DNA from: Tubiluchus corallicola
Taxonomy: Eukaryota > Animalia > Priapulida
Reading direction: 5' to 3'
Assembly (NCBI GenBank): GCA_030141605.1
Contig: JAQGDQ010000136.1
Location: 310,001-374,000, forward strand
Length of the DNA stretch: 64,000 nt
Under the pieces are notes generated by a model. The model was not told the origin of the DNA and did not search any database. It worked only from the letters and a program-made list of their open reading frames with translations. Within the stretch, counting starts at the first letter, position 1. The number at the start of each line of letters is the position of its first letter. Below are positions 25,801 to 37,800 of the stretch, one piece after another. The position numbers and the translations under genes were made by a program.

Positions 25801-28800
25801 ATGATTTTTTGTTTTTGTTTTTAAGGCTTTCTTATAATGTGAAATGCAAAACTTGACTATTAGAAAAGTACTCGATTATATTTTGCAATCAGGAATGCTT
25901 GTAGCTATTCTTTATTCTAGTACTTGCACTTTTATTTCATAAAAAGTATCTGAAGCGGATCTGGACTACATCGAAGTTAGAAATTCAAAGTCAGTCTCAT
26001 CTTATAATTTAACAATCACAATTGTTGTGCTCACCATTATCAAGCTTGCAAACATAAATTTAAAAGATGGCAATTGCAGAAATGAAGTGTAATTTTTTTA
26101 AAAATCTATGACAAGACAATTATATTAGTACCCCTGTCACGAAATCCTTCTTTGAACTGCCAATCATGCTCGGTAGGGTCGTACACTTTTCCGGAATCGT
26201 CGTCAATCGACACTGCTCTCGGCCTATGCTCGTCGTCTGTGGGAATGAGGTCACGTAAGAGAAAGATAGTGCTAGTTATTTCAGCTTCACAAGCAACTCA
26301 GGATAAATAATAAAATACATATTGGAGCATAGTTAAAGCGAATGATCACTGCTTCGTTCCCATAAAACAAGTGGAAGCAAAATATATAAGAAACAAATCG
26401 CAAAACAAGACACATGATAAAACAAATAGTAAAAAGAAGACATATGCTAACCCTCAGACAAAAAAATGGCTAAGCAAGAATTTGGTAGACAAGCAAATGG
26501 ACAATAATAACAAAGAAAAGTAACCATATGAAGAAAAGTCCTGTGCATATCAGAAGGTGAGCAAAGTAGTAACCCTGACTATTTACTGACAGTCTTTTGC
26601 CATTTTCTTCATTTAGATAACAATTCTGCTTAAGGAGAATGAAAACGAAGTGTGCAACTTGTTAGGGGAGTCCATCCATGCAAATCAAGTAAAATAAATG
26701 TATTTCACGCAAAAACCTGAGAGTCCATGTACACTTATCTACACGAGAAACACAGTACGGAAAAGGGCTGAATACCAGAACACCGATTCAAAGTTTGAGA
26801 ATAACAAAATAAATATAACTGCTATAAATATAAATATAACGCGAATAAAAAATGCGAGTTTTGAACATAAAAGAAAACAGAACTTCTCATAATCTCACAA
26901 TTGCAAACAAATGGAAATAGGGAAAAATGAAAGAATAGTGGACACAAAAAAGTTGTTATACTAAGTAAATTCGCCACTGAAAAAATGAAATTCTTCTTTG
27001 AAATTCACTATTAGAGCACTATGAGTTCGCAGCAATTACAAAAAAAATACTAGCAAAAAAGGACATTGTTTCCCAGCAGTTGCTTACTTTGTACAATGTG
27101 TTTTTTTTTGCAGGTCGATTTTAGGATACACGAATATGCCATTTTTATCCAGCATGCAAACCGTGCATCGATAACAAATTTGTTTGAACTTCTCTAGATT
27201 CCAGTTTTGAGTCCAGATTTCTCTGCTCATGTCCCAAAATTTGGGAGGATTTATGATAACATAATTAATTAGAATCGGATGATTTAAGACAAAATGGTTG
27301 GTACCTGGTTCAGTGACTATGTATTCAGGTGGAACATCTTGAGTGCCATCTGTTATAAAAAAACAGAAACATTATTAATTTTAAGGTGCAAGTAATTGCA
27401 TAAGCATGCATTACTGTTCGTACACATTTTTCTGTACAGAAAATTACGTTTACTATTACTTTTAGATATTTACTAGAAATTTCAATTCCAAGAGAACATT
27501 AAACAAACAGAAACATATTTCTTTTTTAGAAAAATAAATTACATAAAAATGCAGTTCAATAAATTTAATGAAGCTGATTTTTTATTTGAAATCCAAAATT
27601 TGACATGGGAATCTGGTATGCATAACACTAAACAGAACTACAATTCATATAAAAAATCAGCTACATCTGTGGGAGGTAGACAACAAACAATGAGGCACCC
27701 CCTTCTATGCGGAGGCACTCATTCTGCCTAGCCACTTCTGAAATTGCAATAAATATATACTGAACAGAGGGAGATCAACCTATGTTTTGTTTGTGTTCTA
27801 AACGTATTGTTTACTTGTTTGTGTACTTTTCTGCAATTTGTGTTTGTAAATTTCTGTTTTCTGCAGTGGAATCTGAAGGGGGTGCCTCCGACATGCATGT
27901 GCAAAAAGAAGGAAAAGAATAACAAAAAGACAGAACAAAAGACATTAGCAAAAGAACAGCGGAAAAACAGTTTTGGTGTTTGTTAGGGCTCATCTCTATA
28001 TTTGTCACCAAATGCTTTTTCTACTCCTATAGTAATCTTTAGGATAAAACACACATGCTGAAAATCAGATGAAATTAGTAACTAAAATTTATTATAACAT
28101 TGCAAAAAATTAATTAGTTAGCTGCTTTTGAAACACAAGAAAATCAAGCTGGAATCAACACACAAAAATACACAGAAAGGGGTAATAGTGGTGCAATGCG
28201 TTTCATAATCAACAGCGAACATTTTCAAACACGACCATGCACCCTCTGAAATGTCAGAGGCATATCTGATGCCATGTACCTTGACCAATCATCTGCCTTT
28301 CTTCTACCAGCATTTCAGTGGGCAAATCATCAGAGCAATGGGGATTGGAAGAGTCTGTTAGGAGAGTGGAAGACTTGCAAGCTATGTCAACAGAAGAAAA
28401 TCCTTCACTTTGAAGTGTGGCTTCGGGACCTTGCAGGTTAGCACCATTTAAAAAATTCTTATCCAATGAAGAATTCTCAGATGCAGCTATCATGCTTACT
28501 TCTGAAACTTCATCATTAGGCACTTCAACTAAGCTTACTAATGTGAATGACTCAACATTAGTTTCTGCTTCTTTAATAACATCACTCAGATCATCGCTTT
28601 CATTTCCACTAACTCTTTCTTCATCCTTCATTGACAGGGATCTTTCCATGCCTTCTGAGATAGTTGACATTGTTAATGGTTCTTCATCATCGATTTTGCA
28701 CTCCTTTTCAAGTCTCTCGAATTCAGCTAAAGACGACATTGATCCCCCACTAGATTCCCCTGATTCACCTTTTCCCAAATCGAAAGCATTTTGCTTTTTT

Positions 28801-31800
28801 GGCACATAGCCAGCTGAATGCGGAGGACTATGAATTTCAATTAATGCTGCTGAAATAACACTATCATCTTGAAAAATAACAGGTTCAAGTGGCCTAATTG
28901 TTGGATTATCAACAATATTTTGCGAGTTATGATCAAGACGTTCACACTCTTGGTTACCATCAAGTTCACTAGTTAAAGTAAAAGGGTTTTTAATAGCATC
29001 GTCACATTTATATTTACCATCCTTGTAATGTTTTGAACAGCTTTCATTCCCAATATCTACTGTTTGGTCACTACAAGAAGGCTCTTTCAATTTTGGTGTG
29101 GCATGACTTGTCACCCTGATATCAGGGATTTCCTTGTTCAAATGCTCTAATACTGATAAATTTTTTGTTTTATGCTCATCTTCCAAAGTATCTTCATTCG
29201 CTGCATCAGGAGAATGGAGGCGTTCCTCAAAAAAATCACGATATCCAACTTCCTCGGTTAAACCTTCTGTATCTACACAGCTCATGCAAGCCAAAGGACT
29301 GTTTTCCAGTTCTTGTACTCCACTATTACGATTATCATCACCATCATCGACACCATGATAGCTCTCCGACGGAGATGGCTTATGAGGTCTTTCCATTATG
29401 TCCGACAACTTGTCATCTTCTTCCTCAGACAAAGCAACTAACCTTTGAAGTTCAGAATCTGGTCTGTCATCTGATGACTGCGTTTTGTCAGTGAGCTGTG
29501 AAGAAGGCCGACTTCTTGTTGGTGAAGACGAGCCATCAGGAGCATCTAGTCTCAAACTACTGCTGTCAACAATCTGCCCAGATTCTGCCATTGCAGCACA
29601 GTCAGAGATGTACGAGTCCATTCTGGATTCTGAAATACCAGTATGTTTTGCACATGACTCAGCAATTTCCTCGTCATCTGGGCTACTAGATATCTTTGAA
29701 TCCCTGTCTGGCAAACTTGGTGACTGAGAGGTATTACCTTCAAGCTCTATTTGTTCATAATCACGCAAGTCTACTGACTCTTCAAAACTAACAGAACGTT
29801 GCTTTTCTGTGTCATGTCGATTATTTGACTCATACTTTTCAGCAACATCAAGTGCCTCACCTAACAAGTCGGATGCTCCATGGTGAAACCCATTTTTATG
29901 GATTAATAAGTCAGAACTTACTAATCCTTTTGACTGGTTTTGCAGATTAGATGATTGTGGTTGTTCATGCATCTGTGAAGGATACCTACCACTTAAACTC
30001 AAACTTTCATCTGGAGTGTAATCTACTTCAACTGGTCCATTTGAATTGGAATATTCATTGCTGTAAATTGTAGTGGAAATGTTAGGATATACTGAGGCTT
30101 CAGCTTCTTCATTAGGATTGGCAAGCTTGTCTTCAATGTTTGAAAAATTGCTTACTTCTAACTCAAGATATTGCTCAGTATGTTCTAGAACAGGAGAAAC
30201 TTCTGGAGCAATCACTTCACTGTTTAAATCACTCTTAAAAACTTTCTCAAAGCTACAGGAATCAGCCGAGTCCGTCATGTCACCTGCCTCTTGCTCTTTG
30301 TGTGAAAAACTGTAAGAAGATTCTCCACTTTCTTCAGGAATTTCAAACATATCAATGGAATGTTCTTGTATATCAACACGGGGATACTCTTGCGGTGGCA
30401 CAGTATCATCAGGCTCCACTTTCATCCAAGAATCAGCTGAAGAAGACATCACTAAAGATTCTTTCAAATCAGAGACATGGCTCAAACTGCTTGTAGTAAA
30501 AGATGACTGCATTTCAGCACTGTCAGAATGAGAAGTACTACTTCCACCTGGAGAGACTCCTACATCTGGCACTGTAGCTGTACCAACAGGCGATAAGCTG
30601 GTAGAATCTGCAATAACAGTACAACTTCCCGGAGACACTGTTTCTTCGGGATGTGAGCGTGGAGACAATCTCAGCTCGGGTAACTTGCTTCTCTCAGTTT
30701 GTGTAATAGGTGCTTTGCTGTCAGACTGTGTAGAAAAAATATCAGGTAATGAAACCTGTTGAGTTTGCACTGTTGGAGTATCTGGTACATCAGATTCTTC
30801 ATAGATGGAGTGATGAAGTGTTTCACTGTCTTGCTCATCTGATGGTACATAAGAATCAAAGGAAATTGTGCTCTGACGAGAACTATGTGCAGATTCTGAA
30901 GAGCTACCAGACTGGTGAGTTCGAGCAGTGTGGTAAGAAGCTGCAGTTAAGTGAGATGCTGCTGTTTCATAGGATTGTGTTGTGCGTCCAGAATCTGCAG
31001 TTTCGTATGACAATGACCTTGGAGAAGTAAAGCGTGAACAAGGGCCACTATCAGCATCATGATTATCAAATGAAGAAGTGTGATCAGTAAAATGTTTATG
31101 GTCTGAATAAGTGGAATTAGAGTGCTTATGATCAGAGCCAGATGAGTCACTTGATGTAGACCGGCGAAAATCTTGTTTAGTTACCCCAAGAGTATCAGAT
31201 CCAGTGGAATCTACAGATCTACGTGTGACACTATACGAATAGACTCCCATGCAATCCACGCTTAGGTCAGAATCACGGCGTTCAGCAATACCAATATCAA
31301 ATGTTACTTTATCAGGAAAGAAACTTGCTTCTTGAAATTGAACAGGCTGATCGTATGGTTCCACAATGGGTTCTTGTTCTACTTGAACATCTTCAGATAT
31401 TGTATCAGAAATTTCTGCACTATCATCAATAACAGTGCTATCTGTTGTAGAATCTTTCTCTATTTCAGTTTTATCAACAGCAACTTGTTCTTCAATAAAA
31501 TTTTTACATACTGATCTTAGGTTCTTTGTACTAAATTCAGGTTTTGCATAAGGCTGGTCTTTCTCAGCGTGTGTAGGACACTTGGCTTCAGCAGGTCTTT
31601 CTTCAGACACAGAATGTTCTTCTTTCCAAGAATATTCTTCCAATAATAATTCTTTGTCCTTTTCTAAAAATCCACAGGTTAGTTCAACCTCAGTTTCTTC
31701 ACTAACAATCCTTTCAATAGATTCTTGATGCACAGAGCTCAAACCTGATTTCATTTCTTCAACATGATCAAGAAAAGAAGAGCGCAACTCTTCATCCGAA

Positions 31801-34800
31801 ATGGAAGCATCAGAAACGTTTGGTGCTTCATTATTTTTGGAAGTCTTTTCAAGGATAGTATGTTCTCCAACTAGTTTCAAGTCATCACTTTTCTCTATAG
31901 AACCACTGTCATCTGAATCTTTGCTGGTGTTTCTTTTTCTTACAGTTCGAACGAGAGGTAGACTTTTAACATTACTGCTATCTTCTTGTTTTTCAATGAG
32001 GGACAAGTCAACTGAATGCACACTAGACAAATCATCAAATGGAGGGTATACCACAATCTCATCACGGCAAGGATGTGGCACCACCTCTTCCACATCTGGT
32101 GAAGCAGCACTTCTTTGAAAATCTTGAACAAGTTTTGTAGACTGACAAGGTTTTGACTTCAATAAAAAGCTTGTAAAAGCAGTGGCATCATCAAGCATAT
32201 CTGTTTCATTGGCTTCTCTTTCCTCTATAAGAGGACTTTGTGGAACCGCCTCCTCTTTGTAATCTTTGGTTATATTATCTTCCAAGTTTGAATCTATTTC
32301 ACTAGAACTTATAAGTAATAGTTTGTCTTCAGATGACACTGATTTCAGTTGGTCATGTTTGGTTCTTGGAAGAGAATACTTTTCTTGTTTGCCATTATCA
32401 CTGGACAATGATGATGAAGATGGTGGACTTTTTAACCTGCTTCGTCTCAGGTCTAAATCATGTAGGAAACTTTCATCAGCTTCTTTATTAACAACTAGGT
32501 TTTTCTGTAACGACATGTCGAATGTGGTTTCTTCGATGCAAGGGTCTCGTTGTTCCTCAATCCCAACCTCCCAAATCACATGGTCAATCTGTTGTTGTGT
32601 TCTTTCTGGAGGATAAGCACTTCCCATAACAGACAGGCCATGTTCACTATCCGAATCTTCAACATCAGCATCGGCTTCCTCTTCGCAAGTTGAAGCGTAA
32701 CACGATGGTTTACCAAAGATATTGCGATCGTCCATTCCATCATCAAGCGAAATGTCGGTACTGACGGTCCGCCTTCCTTCAGATTCTAAAGAGTCTTCCC
32801 TCTTTGGTTCCTTGAGAAACTCTTGAATATTAAGTTTCTTGCTGGTTGCATCTGATTGCTGTTTAATGTTATCATTATCATCGGTTTTAAGTTTGGTACC
32901 AGAATCTACAACTTTGAGCTTGCTGTCTAATTCACAGGGCTGGCATTCTTCTAATAAAGCACCAAACTTATGTGCAACTGCTTCAGTATGAGTTTCCAAA
33001 TTGGTAGTTCCATTCTGTTGGCTTCCTTCTAAGATGCCGGCAATAGACTTTGATTGACTTGACTCATGTTCTTTGAAGCTTTTATTAATTATTGCTGTGT
33101 TGTATGATCCACTACAAATATCGTTACCCGCCAGAGAATGTGAAAGACTATTATCAGCACCAAAGATGTCGTCTTCTCTACATACAACATCATCTTCAGC
33201 TGTTCTGGGAGTTGGAGGAAAGGACCATTGAAATGATTCATAGCTAGAACGCATAGTATCTGGAGTAGGTATGTAGGGAGCAATTTCTGAAGGTAGGGAG
33301 ACGACAATGGACTGTTTCTGGCTGTCAAGAATTTCTGTGCTTTTTACAACTTCTGTTTCTTTCCCGCCCTCTTTGCCAAGCATAACCATGTCTACAAACC
33401 ATAACTAGTTGTTAGTACTAGCTGTTAGTAACACTGCAAAGACGGCAAACTAGAGAATATTAGCAGAAAAGAGGAGAGAACAAAAATGTGTTTTAGTTTT
33501 TCACATGCAGAAACTTGTTACTTTGCATTTGCAATAAGCCAAGTTTGTATATGTTATCTTAAGAGCAAGTAAAAATTAATATGTAGGGTTTTGTAATTAA
33601 ACAAAATCTGCCTCCATTCGACTGACATGGTCTGTTGAAATGTAAGAATCGTATATTTTTGTAAATGTGTATTATTTTATAAGCATTGAGAAAGTTAAAA
33701 ATCCAAAAATCACAAACTAGAATGTCCCTAAATTTTTTAACAAAGACTCACTTAACATAAAAAAATAATATGAAGGCAACCTTATCCAGTGTATGATTTA
33801 ACTGTGCCTGTACTGAGCATCGTTTGCTGAAAATTCTGGTAGCTTATGCAAGTCAGAATAGAAAAATTATGAAAATAAACGCAACTAAGAAATGAATTTA
33901 TTTTTAGAAGTCGTTATAAAAACTTGGTTACTGTGCATGCTGCACACATCTGTATGTGCAGCATTTGTCATTTTGTCATTTTGCTCGTTATTTTGGCACG
34001 CAAAAGTTAAGCATGTAAATTCAAAATTTAGTTTCTTATGTGAGTGAATGCAGTTTTTGTATTTGCAATGGTTAAAATATCAATGTTAGTTATGAGTAAC
34101 AGTAAAATTAATGTATTTTCAAATCACTTAAATCTGCCTCAAGGTGTAGGTTCTGTGCTTCATGATATAATTTTTGAAACAACATTTATACAACAGCAGA
34201 AATAATCACAAACAACTTGCAATCATAAAAACAAAAAATAGCAAAATACCATGCTCTTATCTAGTAAAATGAAGAAAAAACATACACAAACAAAAATGCT
34301 TTTCAGTATTTTTTTCTGGGAATAATTATTAATTAACTAAACTACCTATTCACTTAAGGAAAAGTGTTATACAATGTTGAAATTTGCAACTGTATTACTC
34401 TAACGCTATTACTGTAGTTACAGTTAACAACAAGGCTCAGCAGACACTGCTAACTTTTGTTTTAAAAATCAGATTGGACTCAAATAAGGGAGGGGGGCGT
34501 GAATGGTTTTTAATTTACCATACAGAGCTAAATATTTTACAGACAAAAAACCATACCAAATTTAATTGTTTTCGATTAGAAAAGGTATAGGAATCTCTAG
34601 GGAGCATCAATTGTAAATTTGTTTTACAAAAGTCATGTGTTAGATGCGGCAGCAAAGTCAATGAATTTCTTCATAAACAATACTAGCTCTCTAAACATTT
34701 TCTCTCAAAATCTTTTTTATTTTTATCTTAAGCTTTCTCTTGTCTAACAAATTTAACTGAAAAAAGACACGATGCAGATTATTAATTTATCATACTAAAA

Positions 34801-37800
34801 TTTTAAAGTGGCTGAGACAGTTCCTACAAATCTGACTGATGCCGAAAGTAAGTTGTTCTACCTTCGCCAGATACACTGACTTTCTTCGTACTACTTTTAC
34901 TAGAGGAAGATGATGAGCTACTCGATGAAGAAGATGACGACGATGATGACGACCGCGATCGCGATTTAGGTGACTCTTGGCTAGAATCTGAATTACAAAA
35001 AACATGCAAAAAATGTTAATCAATGGCATGCACATGCAAGAAAAACACACAAAATGCACACAAGAAGAAATAATATAACTGACATAGCAATAATCATTGT
35101 AAATTATCACAGAAAATAAATATCAAACAAATAAAATGCAATTCACATATTAAGAGCATCATTAAAAAAACTGGTAATCTGCTGCTTGCGCTTAAAATAC
35201 TACTTCTGTAGTTTCAATCAACCACAGTTTGTTTCATTATGTTTTGTGGGCCAACTTCTTTTGCACATCCAAAATTTCAATAACCAAAACACTCGCTATG
35301 AAACAGTGACTTCAAAATTTTCGTGTTTCTGTAATGTTTTGTAAAAAAACTGCAATTCTGCACAGAAATAACTAAGTCTTGTGTACATGTACAACATGTC
35401 AAACAACCTAGCTCCAGGAAGTGTAGGATATTACCCTACCAGAAGTGTCAAAACAAAAAGAAAATGTAAGTCTCCTAATGTCTCTCTTATGGCAAGCAAT
35501 TTTGTGAGTGAACAACTTGAGTTAAGAAAAAACACTGCAAAAGAATAGCTTTTAAAGCCATTTTACGTCATTGCTTGTCATGTTTATTCCTTGAAGCATA
35601 CCTAAAATCATAAATACCAAAATGACTGATCGATAAAAATAAGTAAGTAACGCAATTAATACTTATTAAACAAGCGAAAATGACTGGAACTGTTAGAATG
35701 AGTAGGCGGTTCAACAGTATAAACTCTCCAAAGCATGCATTAAATGTGCAGTGAAGAAACAGAATTTGAATTGGTGCTTTGAGAATCCTGAGATTCCTCC
35801 CCAACAACAAAAGAAGGTGGATTGTCAGTCGGGGAATCGGAATAGTCAGAAGGCTCCCTCACAATTGGTTCACACTCTTCCTCCAGATATACTTCTTCAG
35901 CAGATACGTCGATTATTTTGTTTTTGAGCAAAGTAGGGCTGCCAGCTGTGTCCGAGTCGCTAACATCAGAATCTTCTGCATGGGCTTGCCGTCGCATGCT
36001 TTCCGGTGTCACTACAATACCTTCCACAGCAATCTTCAGCGAAGGATCAAGTTCATCATTGGTAACATCGATCACATTACCCAATTTAATTTCATCACTA
36101 CTTTCACTTTGTGCAGAAACAGCTTCGTAGGCTTCATCCTCCTCCTCTTCTGATATGATTATAATAGAACCTCTCGTTCCACCTTCAGCTCCGACCTCAA
36201 TAGTTGGCAACAGGGTTTCTTCAGCAGGACCTTCAATAAGTTTGTCATCATTTCCTAAACTTCTTGCAACTGTAACGCTGGCTGTTTCCAAAACTGACGA
36301 CTTTGATCCAAGACTGCAAATATCAGCACAAGGCGTGTGCATCACAGTCTCAATAATGACTTGATCAGTGTCACAAAAACTTGTGGAAGTGTTTTCTACA
36401 AATGGTAAAACATCTGGGTTGGTTTCCATTATATTATTTGTAGAGAAGTCGTAATTCTTGTCGGCAGTATAAGATGGTGAAGGTTGTGTATTGCAACCAC
36501 GTGTCATCACATCAGCCCCAAATACTGAAAGAGACCATGTACCCATCTAAGGTCACATCAATAGATGGATTTTTAATCATAAGTATTATTATTGTGAATA
36601 AAATCACTTTATGCTGTGCATTATATAATGATTGCATCGTGTAAAATGTAATAGATTGATTATGCTGACAACAGCAAGCCCTTCCTTGGTATTATAATTA
36701 TTAATACCTGAGGAAACAAAAGCAGTTAGAACAAGTATATCAATCAATTAGCAATTCAAGCCAGCTCAAGCATGCCCATTCATGTTAGGTTGAATCTTAA
36801 AGACTAACATTGCACAAACTGGACATTTTAAAACTTGTTAATAAATCATTCCACAAATTCGCACAACAACTAACTGCGTCATTTTTTTAGTATAACAAGT
36901 ACACACTGCTATCTATCCAGACAAAATGTTAAACTTTATTTAAATTAACTTGGCAATATGTGTCTGGATTGAGACGAATAAACACAAACTAGGAAAAAGG
37001 ATAAACACTGTGGCAAGGGCTGCAGCAGCAAGAAAATACTTTAAAATTGCAGTTCTGGTACACACAGAAATACGTATCTATAATATACCTTTACTAGAAG
37101 TCGAAGATGGCAAATAGCCCGGAACGGCAACCGATGCCTGGTTGTCCAGTTCAACATTTATGTCACTAGAAGTAACTGTAATAACTTGAGAGTGGTCAGG
37201 CTGTGAATGACATAAACTATTATGAGATTGGGATATCACATTGGTAGTTACACAGACTGAAGACTCTTCAAACAGTTGGTCTCTCAGTTTAAAGTCCTCA
37301 TGATGACCAATGACAACTGCTGTGTAAAGGCATTGCTTCTGGCCAGGAAGAGTAAGAACAACGAGTTTTCTGGGATCTGTTGCACTAGACAGTGGAAGTT
37401 GACGCTGCCACTCCAAATCTGTGGGATATGTACTGCTTTTGAAATCTGCCCTGCCTTTTTGACAACTGCTTTGCACACTGGAAGAATGGCATGAGATAGC
37501 CTTTTCTAGTTTAGTTTCACATATAGAATGCTCGTACATACCACGGTTAAAGCACTTTTGATCTGTGCCGGACTCAAATGAGCTTGTGAGAGGCAAGGTA
37601 GATAATTCCTTCAAAGCCCTTTCAACTTCCTCTAACTTCTGCATGCGGGATGATATGTCATGACCTGTTTTGTCTAGACCGGTGTTAGCAGATGATGTTA
37701 CACTCGACTCAATTTCATCTTTTTGTTGAAAACAATCCATAGGGTAGAGGGTTTGGTTAGGTGCCTCTGTTATTGTCTCTTCTGGTGACGTCAAATCAGA

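Noticed and set aside
36525-36546. Acceptor at TAG|ATG 36546 for the 268-aa ORF
   Set aside because: Gives a stop in phase 1; the acceptor at 36524 keeps frame
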